DNA from: Phoronis australis | Lineage: Eukaryota; Animalia; Phoronida | Reading direction: 5' to 3' | Assembly (NCBI GenBank): GCA_002633005.1 | Contig: NMRA01000114.1 | Coordinates: 522,835 to 586,834 of the forward strand | DNA length: 64,000 bases | In this document: in pieces, positions 50,655 to 63,043 of the stretch | Position numbering within the stretch: the stretch's first letter is position 1 | How the letters are laid out: each line of letters begins with the position of its first letter | Made by a program: the position numbers and the translations under genes | The notes under the pieces: model-generated | Told to the model about the DNA's origin: nothing | Seen by the model: only the letters and a program-made list of their open reading frames with translations | The model's database searches: none

Positions 50655-52238
50655 TTACTCATTTATTTCAACAGTAAAATCACTTATTTCTCTATTCTTT
50701 GTTTCAATAGGTAACAACAATGCTATCACTCCAGCTAATAACCCCACTACTGCATAGACTCCAACTGCGGCGTACATGGATTTCTCCAGTAGAACTTGGG
50801 CAATGAACGGTGTTATAATCCCTCCCACTCGTGCGGCTGAACTACTACTCCCCAATCCTAGTGCTCGAATTGATGTCGGGTAAACTTCTAAGGTATAAAG
50901 GTAGATCACTTGAAAAACACTTGAGCAAAATACTCTTATAACTAACAGAAATCCTGTGATGGCGTACTTGGAAATGCATGTCATCAACAAAAAAGAAAAC
51001 ACTGAGAAGACAGAGTACATAACGAACATCGTCCGCTTACGAGATAAACACTTAACCCAAAAGAAAGAGTTTGGTACGGCTGCAAATTCCGCGCTGGTGA
51101 TGATAAGCAGACGGAGATAATCGTGCACAGACAACTCTGCACACTCCAATCCGCAGGGCGGAAAAACGGCATGATCGTCCGAGGACGGACATCCGTGTTT
51201 GGTTTTCATAAGTTCCGTTGTCAGCAGACTCATGCCGTAGTACGCAAATGCAGTGGCAAACCAAATGTACCACAGCATCAGAGTCGTCCGTCGCAGCTCC
51301 GGTTTCAGGAGATCCCGAAATTGACCTCGATTACTGTTACTTTGTCTAGGTGGACTGTACAAGCGACCTCTGGGCATCGGTTTTTTATTGTGCCTTGCCA
51401 TCATTTGTATAGTTTTCATAGCACCTGTTACATTTCCACTCGCCATTTGGTAGCGCACGCTCTCTGGCAAGAATGCGGCTATGAGGCAAGTAGACACGAA
51501 CAACGGGAAAGTGCATATTAACAGTTGCCAGCGCCAGCCAAGGGTTGGCATGACAACAACCGCTATAGCAATCACAAAAAAGTTTCCGAGAGCCCAAAAG
51601 GTATTCATAATCAGCAGATTGTTCACACGGCTAGAAGTCGATGTGAACTCCACTTGCATCGTTGATGTCTGTGAGCCCCCAATAAAAGCAGCACCCACGA
51701 TGCCACGTAATACATAAATCCACACAATTGTTGGTGAAAAGGCACTCAGCACGCCGTAGTAGAACGTGATGACGAAGCTAATGAGGACGCCATTTTTCCT
51801 ACCGTATTTATCGCAGACAATACCCCAGGAGGCAGCACCTACCATCATTCCAACAAACACAAACGTGGTAACAAGTGCTTGCTGACTACTCGTAACTCCC
51901 CATTCACAGAGCAGCGCTGGCGACAAAATGGTCAGAATCATCATTTCCATGGCCTCCGTTAAGTTGCCAAGGCCACACAGCGCAGTCAGCCAAATTTGAA
52001 ATTTTCCCCAGCCTATAGAATTCATTGCTTCCTCGACAGTGAAAATTTCTTTATGGTCCGTGCCACCGTCGCTGTCATGCACATCCGATCCGTAACCCCT
52101 CATGTCTTCTTTGACCCCATTCTGAAGAAGAGGTTTACTAGGAGTTTGTTCATACAAAGTGTCATCACCTTCGACCTCGGAGTCAGAGTTCAAGAAAACA
52201 TCATTCAACTGGCTATAGACAACCTTTTTCTCTGCCAT
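50655..52238 (-). CDS. SVOP-like MFS transporter, copy B, intronless CDS, 527 aa
   Basis: Uninterrupted ORF colinear with copy A: FTVEEAMNSIGWGKFQ, EAMEMMILTILSPAL, CDKYGRK, LGWRW, FLPES, EVYPTSIRALGLG...ARVGGIITPFIAQV, LLPIETK. Confidence 0.9.
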   Translation of the reverse strand: MAEKKVVYSQLNDVFLNSDSEVEGDDTLYEQTPSKPLLQNGVKEDMRGYGSDVHDSDGGTDHKEIFTVEEAMNSIGWGKFQIWLTALCGLGNLTEAMEMMILTILSPALLCEWGVTSSQQALVTTFVFVGMMVGAASWGIVCDKYGRKNGVLISFVITFYYGVLSAFSPTIVWIYVLRGIVGAAFIGGSQTSTMQVEFTSTSSRVNNLLIMNTFWALGNFFVIAIAVVVMPTLGWRWQLLICTFPLFVSTCLIAAFLPESVRYQMASGNVTGAMKTIQMMARHNKKPMPRGRLYSPPRQSNSNRGQFRDLLKPELRRTTLMLWYIWFATAFAYYGMSLLTTELMKTKHGCPSSDDHAVFPPCGLECAELSVHDYLRLLIITSAEFAAVPNSFFWVKCLSRKRTMFVMYSVFSVFSFLLMTCISKYAITGFLLVIRVFCSSVFQVIYLYTLEVYPTSIRALGLGSSSSAARVGGIITPFIAQVLLEKSMYAAVGVYAVVGLLAGVIALLLPIETKNREISDFTVEINE

Positions 52239-54458
52239 GGTTTTCAGGTGAACTCCAGAGACTCAATGCTTTGACTCCAAACTTGAGAGTGTGAAAAATA
52301 AACTGTCACAGCAAACCTGTCACAAAAAACAGTCACAATACGTCCATCACACAGTCATCAACATGTTCAAGGACCTTGATGATAGAGAAGACAAAACTCC
52401 AACACTACAAACGTGTTGAAGTCCTTCAGGTCTGAGAACCAGTGTGGTGCAGCATACAATTCACTCTAGCACTCAAGAATGACTCCCTCACCCTCACTAG
52501 CACCTAGGTAAGTCTTTCATATCCCACATGATATGCAGACACATTTGTACACCTGAACTTAAAAATATGACACATAGCGGCACACTGTCAGATAATCAAT
52601 CATGTTCTCAGTCCACCAGTACTATTCAACCTCAGGAACTGTATGTATATGCTCAATGACCAAGCTGTCCTTCAAGGCATGTCATTATAAGCTTGCCTTC
52701 AACAGCCTGCATTCAGGTGCCACATCACACTTTGATACTACATTGTCATGAAATAGGGGTGTTCTACTCTTACTATCTGTCACTATCTCAAACTTACTGA
52801 ATTATTGAAAGTAAAAGCAGCAACAAACAATCTATTAGACACCCAACACCAGATGTCATGGCACAATCACAGTCTGTAAATATGATAATTTGGAGTATTC
52901 AAAACTTTTGAAGTATGTACACCCCTCTGGTAAGTAGACTAATCCATTTCTGTGCTAGCCATAATTTTATCCAACAGCATGGGTTGAATGGCTGGGCTAA
53001 ACTAACATTTAACAATACAGTTCATCTGAAGCTAACTGGGACAAATACAAAGGGGCAGTATTCACAGCCTAACACAAGACACTAAACTTTTTAAACTTAT
53101 TATAATACCTTACCTTAGGCTTCATAATAAAAATTGTCAATGATAATAGCCCTCCACTAGTGTTTTACCCTGTTTTAAGAAACTGGCATTAAATAATTTA
53201 TAACAGCTATCTATCAGTATGTTTTTATCTATAGCCAGTGAAAATTCCGTCACGGGTGGGGGCACTTTAGGCACACAGGTAAAATAATGCATTTATATAA
53301 CATTATAATAGAAGCCCCTGTTAAAATTCATTCAGTGCACTTGTAGGATGCACACCTATGAAAGGTGCATTTTCACAACAATTTCCCTGCGAAACAGTGC
53401 CTTCGCTGTGACTAAAACCATCATGATGACACCACACTACCTACAAGTGAGCTTAAGCAAGACTGAAAAACACATCCTAATCAATTCGCAAATTAATGCT
53501 CGTGGCTCAACCAAAATGTTGAAGAAAACAAGTTAGTGTTTGCTAATTTCTCTGATAATTTGCATTGATTTTAAAAATTCAAAGACGGCTACTATTTCCT
53601 TTCGTTTTTTTACTTTGAAACTCGTACACTTAACAGTTTTGTTGGTTTACAACCACAATTATCTCATCCAGCGAGTTCAGCCAAGGCCATGAATAGTGAC
53701 TAGCTCACTTCAAGACAGCGCCAACAAGCCCTTGAGGTGCCGAGGAAGGAATTCCCAGCATACTCTGGGGTAAACAGTGCATGCTTTCTTGTCCACTTGC
53801 GTGCAAATTCTGTAAGCAACTAAGATTTGCCCAATGATTGCGTACAAAGACTCCTTTTTTAGGGGGAGGGGGGAGAACTAAAACTCGCAAAAAGGATTAT
53901 TCCCTAACTTGCAAACTTTCAGAAAAGGAAGAGCTCACACCATAATATGTTTAGTCTACACTTGTCAACATATTTATTGGATCCTAAATGTTACTGCTTG
54001 AAAACAAACTTCCAGTAAGACAATGTTATGGCAACAGGTATATGCTTACAATGAGGCCCCTTTTAGTAACTTTGTAAGCATGTGGGCACTGAATGGAATG
54101 AACTAGGGTGAAATCTTTCCAATTTAGGACGGAGTATGACAGACAAGAAAAATTTCGGCGAGCTAGCACGACTTAAATGTTTGCAACACATTTACATATT
54201 GAGAATGACATATTCATATATAAGAAAAATTTTATTGTTTTCCATTAAGGATACATAGCTCCAAATGAATGCTTTCCATGTACAAGCTCTGCTCCATCTC
54301 TACCACCTGACAATATTTCGAAAAAATATGACCGTACAACAATGTTAGATGACCTTCAAAACTGAAAACAGGGAAGTCATGGCAATCATATTCGTCCATG
54401 CCAAGAATTGCAAAATCCAACTGCTGCCTGCTGGTTTGGTAATTGGCCCAATTATGTT

Positions 54459-54674
54459 TTTTATAAAAAAATAATTGTAGGCGGTCTGAAACACGCTGTA
54501 CCAGACGTGCGCAGGCCTCGCATGTGGGCCCATTGCACTAGTCACCTGGAACTATTTTATGCTTTATTAATATATAGTTAAAACTGAGTTGAAGAGCTAG
54601 AAACCTGACTCAAGGTCAGCAGTTTGGCCCAGTGGGACTCGAACCCATGACCTCGAGTACAGAAGGCGACCCAC
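54459..54674 (-). mobile_element. tRNA-derived SINE, 5'-truncated, with TTATGTT TSD
   Basis: Minus-strand B-box GGTTCGAGTCC (54645-54635) in a T-arm-like context and an A-rich tail. TTATGTT lies at 54452-54458 and 54675-54681. The homologous block at about 34640 lacks the insert. Confidence 0.75.
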
Positions 54675-55015
54675 TTATGTTGCACACCGAACAGAATTAA
54701 TGAAAGGCAACATTGTTCAAAAGTTTTAGGCTGTAAAAGTCACATTTCTTATCCAATCTTCAAAATTCAAAAACCTACCCACATGTACTTTTCTCAAACT
54801 ATTCTCAAACTATTTAAAAACTATCAAAATGAAAATTTAAAAAAAAAGTTTTGTTGCCCCCAGTGTATTTATGATGGGTCTGATTATCTAGACAATGATA
54901 CCATCAGCAGCCTGTGGTGTCGACAGGTGATTAATTGCCTACAACAACATGGGACCATAGCAGCAGATTTTCGAGGTACGCAAATCGGTCGAGTTGCCCA
55001 AGTTTGACCCAGGCA

Positions 55016-56463
55016 GTTATGGTGTCAACGTAACATTCTTTTCACGCCAAAATTGGTCAGATTTTACGGTTTTTCCTCTAATTCAACACGACACCCGTGC
55101 CATTCTATTACTTCAGTAACGACTATTTCGCAGGTGTTCACAGGTACGCAAGATAAGGAGCTTACGTCACATGAATCACTAGCCCTTCACTCGTGTAATT
55201 TATTTTGAATGATCCTACCAAACTTGCAAGGAGCTCGCTCATTTTTTGTTTTCACTGTATAAACCATCATTTAACACATCACTGTGCCTAAACGTTTGTT
55301 AAGTCATTCATTCATTCACAAATTTAACAAATTTTTGTAATCAGTCTTTATTTACCTATCAATACATCATTAAAATAAATGGTAGAGCACCTCTTTACTT
55401 GTATAGCGCACCATATGATCGACAAGTGAAATTCTATTTTATCAAAATTTCCCGACTTTGTCAAATTTCTCCACCAAAATAAAGATTAAAAACAGTTCAG
55501 TCTGATATACGATATTACCATTACGGTTTTGTGCAATGCAGATGTCACCAAACAAAACTTGACAAAACTTGACAAAGTTTCCGTAATTTACATAAAAAGC
55601 AATCAGACTTTGAAAATGAAACTGGATAATTCAGGAACTGTTTCAAGTGGGCAATAAATGGACAATTACCTTAAATTTCATTCCAGTAATGATCTTCACA
55701 AAGCCAGACAGCGCTAACATTAATCACCAGCAGATAGCAATAAATGGCGTGAAAGTAAACACACCAATCAAACATATCAATTTGTAATTGACAATGAATA
55801 TGGTGGTATCATTACCTGTTGATGACATCAGGGTTGATGTCCCTTAGAAGGTAATTATTTATTGTAAAATTTCACCACTTTCAAAAAAACTAGTTACCGC
55901 AATTGTTGACTTTTCGATTTTTCAGTGACTTCAAACATTGTTAAATTGTACCTTTAATAATTCTTCAATTTGAGACAAAAATTGCTATCTGCTGGTGATT
56001 ATTGTTAGCACTGTCTGGCTTTGTGAAGATCATTACTGGAATGAAATTTAAGGTAATAATCCAGTTCCATTTTCAAAGTCTGATTGCTTTTTATGTAAAT
56101 TACGGAAACTTTGTCAGTTTTGTCAAGTTTTGTTTGGTGACATCTGCATTGCACAAAACCGTAATGGTAATACCGTATATCAGACTGAACTGTTTTTAAT
56201 CTTTATTTTGGTGGAGAAATTTGACAAAGTCGGGAAATTTTGATAAAATAGAATAGTTTGGTAGGATCATTCAAAATAAATTACATGAGTGAAGGGCTAG
56301 TGATTCATGTGACGTAAGCTCCTTATCTTGCGTACCTGTGAACACCTGCGAAATAGCCGTTACTGAAGTAATAGGATGGCACGGGTGTCATATTGAATTT
56401 GAGGGAAAACTGTAAAATCTGACCAATTTTGGCGTGAAAAGAATCCTACTTTGACACCATAAC
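55016..56463. mobile_element. Foldback element: two long inverted arms around a spacer of about 240 bp
   Basis: 55016-55224 pairs with 56463-56255, and 55431-55741 pairs with 56254-55981. The left arm has an extra segment of about 205 bp. No coding capacity seen. Confidence 0.9.
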
Positions 56464-57366
56464 CGGAAGAATATCTAGCCTATGAAAATAGAAATGATTG
56501 CAATATTTCTATTTTCATAAGCTTATCACATCATTGTAAATGCTCAAAATATTACCACATGTTGTTTGGTAATAGCACCGTACACTATACAAACCACACT
56601 AAAAGCAAAGTGAATTTTCCGGAAAAGTTACATTTGTTGAGGAATTTGACAAAATGAAATTTTCAATGCTTTTCTCACAAAAGATGCAACTATCTCAAAG
56701 TTGAATTAATGAAACTATCACCAGTGCTACCTATTGAGCGTGTTTGTGATGATCTTCAAACAAGACTGACGTTTGGCGACCCAGAAAAGTGTAATACAGG
56801 CTCTGTGCACGTGGTCGATTTCATTTCAAAGTTATTGGAAAATTTTAATAATGTACTGTTCGATGAACAGGTCCTGTTTGGGATACAAAGGTTGACTACC
56901 TACATAGCAATAGAAATAAAGCTATAATTACACCACCCATGCTATGGCCACAGACGGTGATACTACTCATTAAAAATACAAAGAATAATAGCAAATGCAT
57001 GTATATATATCTATACTAGCCATTACCTGTGCTTTCGCACGGGGTAGCAGCTAGTGGGAAACGCCGAGGGGAAATAGCTACACCTAAGAGTGAACCGATC
57101 GAGTGTTCATCGCACTGAGAGACAGGAATAGTCCATTTCTTGAAGAGACCGTGTTCAAAGCTTCAAGCACAATTTCCGTCACTTGTCAGATTTTAGTAGG
57201 CAATTAAGGTGTACGGCTGTGAAATTCTTCCCCTAGGCAGTACAAATTTCTTTCCAGACATTTGACCCTGCCGTAACACAAAGTACGGTAATCAGATATT
57301 CTTCAGTTTAAAGTGAAAACTAAGAATGCATTTCAATATTGTATAGTTCACAAAGTATATAGATGT

Positions 57367-57523
57367 CAGTGGCGGATTTAGAGGGGGGCCAAGGGGGCAA
57401 TGCCCCCATAAAATTCACCCAGCTTCCATTTGGCAGTTTGGGGGTGCGAATGTCTGAAGGGCAAAATTCTGGCTAATACTCTATTGGTGCCGTCCCCCCA
57501 ACTCAAAATCCTAGATGCGCTCC
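57367..57523. mobile_element. Small hAT-like MITE
   Basis: Starts CAGTGGCGGATTTAG and ends CTAGATGCGCTCC (imperfect inverse). TAGATGT is present on both flanks. Confidence 0.6.
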
Positions 57524-58439
57524 TAGATGTATTTACAAAAGTTGCATTAAAAATGAACATAGCCAGAAATGTAGAAAGCCAGCTAGATGTATGAAAACTG
57601 TCGTCAACATACAGCTAGGTAGCTCCGTTACACATCGAAATTTTACACAACCCAGGTGCTCAGCTTGTCACCTCGTTGTGAAACTTATAGAGCTAACAAC
57701 CTGAAGGGGTGCATGCAGAATCTGGGAATGAATCGACATTCACAGTGCCCGTTACAGCCGTTTATAGAAGTAAACGAAATCAAATAAACATTATTTTTCG
57801 TAATTCTCTGCCTTTTGTAACAAAGGAAAATCCTGCCGTCGTTTTGAAAACAGTGCAATCTCGTGACATGCGCACGTAAGCGTCATTTCCCAAAACTTTG
57901 CGATATCTCTCGAGAGTATTTTCTGAAATTATTTTTTTGGTATTGAAATAGTAAAAACCTGTAACGAAATGAAACCATTTCCGCTTGTTATGACATGTAC
58001 GCAACCTACACAGTTGATTGAAGAACATGGAAATTGGCCTGACAGGTGACGCAGTGGCGCCCAAAGAGCGCATCGCAATTTTAGCAGCAGAATAACTGAA
58101 GAACGCCAATTTTCCAACACCGGGTCAATAATTTAGTGTACTCAAGGAAGAGTAAATGATACCTATTGCTTGTCAATCACAACGCTGCAAATTAATAGAC
58201 ATATTCTACTGTTAAAGTATATGTTTTATTTACTACCACGTGTGCACCATCTGTTGGCCGCAACACGCATTGATATGCCACAGTCTCTAAGGGTGATTTA
58301 GTACCATAAAAAGGCCATTAAATGGCACAGAATGTGTCAAAACCCATCTGAATTGAGAAGCTGGCGTTGTCTCTGTAATACACAACTATTTCATGAAAAT
58401 AACCAAAGTAACTCCTACGATATAGAAGCAAAGGTAAAA

Positions 58440-59099
58440 ACCAATTGACACTAGGGGGCACTGCTACAGTCCATTTGGTCTGACACTCATCATCATGTTG
58501 CCACCTCTAAAGGAGCCCCTCTGTCAAATTCCGCAAAGAACATTAGGAGGGTTAAGGACAAGCAGGGTAAAGAAGATACAGCCGTGGATGCAAAAAAACA
58601 AAATCCCCACAACGGGGAGTACCAGAGTGGTGAAACCCTGTCCGAAAATCAACGTCAGCCGCAATCTCATGGTAAGGAAGACACCTGCTAATTTTTATGA
58701 TGATTAATTGAGTGATTTTGCTGATAGAAAGGAAGAGGCCAAAAAATGACCCTGAAAATTTTTTAAAATGGCCACTAGGTGGCACACAAGCATCAAAGCC
58801 ATCCAAAAATGGAAAGATGCTACCGTCTCTTTAATAGAAACCTACATGCCAAATTTCATGAAAATCTATCAAAGAATTACAAAGACACAGAGGAAACCCT
58901 AAAAAAATGAAATTGCTTGTAGGAAGCATAGTGATAGACAGCTTGGTCTAACATTTGTTATCATCCGTGGCCAGCTTCATAAGGAACACATGTGCCAAAT
59001 CTCATAAAGATTCTGTGAGGGGTTTAGGAGATACAGCTGTGGATGATGGACGGCCAGACTGACATGCACCCACACATAAATATGAGGGTGCATGAAAAA
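58440..59099 (-). mobile_element. Diverged HINE related to 37080-37913, reverse orientation; left boundary uncertain
   Basis: ATGCACCCACACATAAATATGAGGGTGCATGAAAA (about 59065-59099) is the inverse of the HINE 5' hairpin. It also shares CATCCAAAAA, ATGCCAAATTT and CCACTAGGTGGCAC motifs. Confidence 0.7.
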
Positions 59100-59276
59100 G
59101 TTTGATTGTGGGAACTTTTATTCGAGCTGGGAAGAGGTAAAGACATAAACGGCCTCCTAAGGTGTCTTTCTATCCACAGAAGATAGTAAAGCAACATGAC
59201 TCTGATGGTTTAACCAGTGTGAGGCATAACTCATCAAAAAGCTTGTGTCGTATGAAGGACCTATGGGATAGCCACT

Positions 59277-59630
59277 TGTTGCAGTCCCGACGGAAGCCTG
59301 CACCAAACCGATTTGGCAGACTTCAATTTGGCACGAGTTGGTGAGCCAAACTGATGCCTGTGCCAAACTGAAGCTACTGTAAGTTCACAAATTACTGCCA
59401 GTGGTTTATGGATTTTTTAACACTTATCAGAACTGAAATTGACAACAATTAGTGATAAGTCATATGGATTAATCACACAGGGGAAATGTACTGAGAAACT
59501 ATTATTTTGGTTCTGATAAGCGTTGAAAAATCCATAAACCATTGGTAGCTGCAATTTGGCGCAGGCATCAGTTTGGCTCATCAACTCGTGCCAAATCAGT
59601 TTGGCGTGGGCATCATTTTGGGTTACAATA
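59277..59630. mobile_element. Second copy of the Ginger-like MITE (family of 15326-15714)
   Basis: Colinear similarity (TTCAATTTGGCACG.GTTGGTG.GCCAAACTGATGCCTG; TTATCAGAACTGAAATTGACAA). CCACT is present on both flanks. Confidence 0.75.
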
Positions 59631-60491
59631 CCACTGTCTGTACATTGGCCAGTCGACACAGTGGTACTGTCTAAAAGGTAATTATAACAATGAAACTTAC
59701 AGGTTTTAATGAGTGTGAAGCATAATTTGCCAAAAAGCTTCTGGGGTCAGCTAGAGACGGTGATCACTGATAGTGCTAGGCTACCACCGTACTAGACAAT
59801 TACCATCGTCTCTATCCAGAGTAGACACGATGACGCTCCTATAGGGGCTTCATACGCTGGAAGCGTTTCGGCGAATTATGCCTCACACTGACTAAAAGAT
59901 CAAAGTCACGTTGTTATAAATACCTTTTGCGCATAGAGGGACACCTTAGAGGTTGTTGTTGTTGTTTAATTCCTTCCAACTCGAACAAATACTCCCGTTA
60001 TCAAACTTTTTCTCCGAGCAGTCCTTCATTCAGTTCCCAAAATCGTGAACTCCCCATTTTTACACTGCGCACGCTCTAATTTTTACCACGCCCACTAGGT
60101 GATATCATGTCATGAACTAAACCTTTTAAACAAGCCAAAGGTGAGAAATTGTTAGTATTTGATAAAGATAAATGCTGTTGATATGACATTTAGTCGTCTT
60201 TGTGCATATATTTGACATTTTAATGTTTAAAAAGTTTTAAGTTAGGTTCGGACGATTCGTTTTCCGAAGTTTATTTGTAACAGGTAACGGACAAGTTTCT
60301 AGTTTTATGCCCTTTATTCTGATGTATTGTTACTAAACGTGTCTGTTCATTGTTAGTTTCGTTCAAAACATTATCTATCTGCCAATTGATAAATTAAAGT
60401 ATGATCTCGTAGGAAATCAACTGAAGCATTTCATTGAGTGGTCTATAATTGACCAGTCTCACTTACGATTCCGTCCATTCGATCTCCCCAT

Positions 60492-60750
60492 TGCCCGGTA
60501 GCTGCCCTAATCTTGCACTTTTCTACTTTTCAGACCTCTCCAGGCCCCCTGTTCCAACACCTCAGTGGATCACCGGTTACTCGTTCCTGCTTCAACTCCA
60601 TCTCAACTAAAGTGATTTCCTTTGCAGGCCTCTACACATAGCTTTCGCATTGGCGCGGCCACATCAGCGACCAGCCGTGGCGTCCCTGAATCGGTGATCC
60701 AGCGCATGGGGCGCTGGAAATCTGACGCATTAAAAAACTAAATTCGCATG
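60492..60750 (+). pseudogene. Degraded tyrosine recombinase C-terminus of a DIRS/Ngaro-type retrotransposon
   Basis: Fragments CPVAAL, GPLFQHLSGSPVTRSCFNS and (60637-60750) HSFRIGAATSATSRGVPESVIQRMGRWKSDALKN*IRM. The HxxR box and GRWKS box are present, and the catalytic Tyr position is a TAA stop. Confidence 0.85.
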
Positions 60751-61268
60751 TCTGCTTTTTCCTCTTCCCTAGGCTTCCTCAACTCCTGGTGAGCCTGTTG
60801 TTGCAGCTCCCCATTTCTCTCACTTTGCTTTTCAGCCCCTCCACTGCACTGGGTCTGTGGTTTCAGCCCCCCACCAGGTCAGGTCTGTTGTTGAAGCCTA
60901 CCTCCTCCCGTTCGCAGGTCTGTTGTTGCAGCCTGTGGCCAAAGGTCTGTAGTTGCAGGCTTTCAATTTCTAGTCATTAGGTCTAGTTACCTTTACTTCC
61001 ATTGTAGCATTTTTCTTCTCGGTTTTTTATATTCTAGTTTTTTTGTATCTTAGCATTTTGTGTTCTAGTTTTCAGGTATGCCGTTATTAGTACCCATATT
61101 TCTTCATAGTCTAACCTTGTTATTGCCCGGGTTATGCTTCCTCGGATGGGCGATGTCAGTATTCCCACACTGCTATTATGGTGTTTTTTTCCATGCCCAT
61201 CTCGCAGAGTCTTATTTAGTTTTATCTAGTTACGTCATAATAAATATAGGTTATTACATGGCGAAGTC

Positions 61269-61349
61269 GTTATCCCCCGTTATCTAGAGCCCGAGTGGAT
61301 TTTGGAGAATTCTCCAAAATCCACGAGGGCTCTAGATAAGGGGGATAAC
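61269..61349. repeat. 81-bp near-perfect palindrome with no spacer
   Basis: GTTATCCCCC(G)TTATCTAGAGCCC-GA-GTGGATTTTGGAGAA|TTCTCCAAAATCCAC-GA-GGGCTCTAGATAAGGGGGATAAC, centred on GAATTC (61307-61312). Confidence 0.95.
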
Positions 61350-62689
61350 AACTGAGAACAAGTTTTGTGTTCATATTCTGTACTTTTTCTTTAGGCCCTT
61401 CAGGCAGTTCTTTTGTTTTGATTCCCTCTTTCAGGGCTATTCATTGTACACGCCGATGGGCGTTTTGTTCATGCCCATCTTGCAGAGTCTTGTTTAGTTC
61501 TTTCTATTTACGTCATAATAAATGACATTATTCGCAATCCTCCTCATGTTTTTTCTCTGCAACATAGCTTATGGCGTACCTGTCACAGTTCTTGCACACC
61601 AACGATAATACGGTGATACTGACTTACAAATTAAGATACACGTTAAAACAACTCAGTTCAGTATTAACATTGACAATAAGAGATGTTGCATGACTTCCAA
61701 CAAACCTTTTAAAAAGCCAAAAGGCCTCCTAAGCACATTGAAATACGGAGGCGTAACCCTAGAGACAGCCTTGCGCGAAAACTTAATAGGTATATTTGCT
61801 TCCCCCGCTAAAGACAAAAAAAGTCGGTTTGTGAGAAAGCGCTGTGTTATACTTGTTTTTCTTGTCTCGGGGGAATTGTTAAAGCTCAAATAAAGCTTAA
61901 AGAGCATCTCTTTGAAAAGGCAAAGGATGATAGAATGGAAGAATGAAAAGAAAACAGAAATCAGACGATGATCTACCGGCAAGAAAAAAAAGAAAGGCAC
62001 TTTTATGAAAAGTTGTTTGTTTTCTGTAAGCTTCACTACAAGTTTCGTGTTAAATTACAGGCCACTGCATGAATTCCTGTTGAGGTATTTGGCCTGCCTC
62101 AAATGAGAATGAGACCGTGAGACCATGTTTAGGTGAATAAACGCAATGCGCTAGATATTTTTACTGAAATGGGATCCAAAATTCCTGTGAATGGCAAGAT
62201 TACAACCAAGCTGTTTCGCTATTTGTGAATGGCATTCGCGACAAAATATATAAGGTAAAGATCATGCGCGCACCCAGGAGGAAGGGAGGGGGGCCTCGAA
62301 GGAGACCCCCCATTTGGCGAAGTGGGCAAAAAGGTCCGCCTCACTAAAACAAGAAGTCCGTGAAAAACATGACAAAAGTCCCCTAAAAAGGCGAAAACGT
62401 ACAATTCAGAGTTCAGAACGCGGTACCCACCCTGATTTTTATTTAGTCCTCCTGCTTTTTTGTTAGTACAAGGTCCACATCGTCAGGCTGGGTGAACGCA
62501 TGAACATTGAGCTCAAAATTCAGCTGTCCTGTCCGAATTCGTAACTTATCCTTCAATGTCGTGTGAGCAGTGCCACTTGCCTGTTCTAAACGCCATCTTG
62601 TAATTTTGGATACCAACACCCATGGAAATTAAGTGAGGGCATTCAAAAGTTGCAAAAAGGAATTGAGAAAATTGCAATATACTAGTTGC

Positions 62690-63043
62690 CATAAGGGCGC
62701 TTTCTCTAACCAAGGATACAATGCTCCAAATCATAATGCATGAGATCAAGCAAGAAGTAAAGACCTTGCGAAAAGAAGCGATCCTTGCAAATGAAGACCT
62801 TGCACCTGATTCAATGACCAACTTTACTTGGGAACAGTTGGGTGTTTACAGCTCGAAACTGCCACCCCCATATTGTTACAAATATTCAGGACTGTGTCAT
62901 ATAGAAAACTTGAACCTTGGCCGCTGGTGCCCACCCCTGTTCTCCTTATGCTGCCTTCTGTACAATCGGGACAATCGTCGATCATTTAAGTTTTTGTCGA
63001 AATGGACCAGCCTACAGCTGTTCGTGCGCGGGCACAGCAACGT
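62690..63043 (+). pseudogene. Frameshifted coding relic, possibly from an intron-containing DNA transposon gene
   Basis: EIKQEVKTLRK...MTNFTWEQL, then after a frameshift QLETATPILLQIFRTV, then CCLLYNRDNRRS...TSLQLFVRG, ending at a GTGAGT donor. It resembles helical regions I associate with invertebrate transposase-linked proteins, but the family is not established. Confidence 0.35.

Noticed and set aside
54600-54674. tRNA gene
   Set aside because: Only the B-box/T-arm half is present. There is no A-box or acceptor stem, and it is followed by a body and A-rich tail between TSDs, so it is a SINE.
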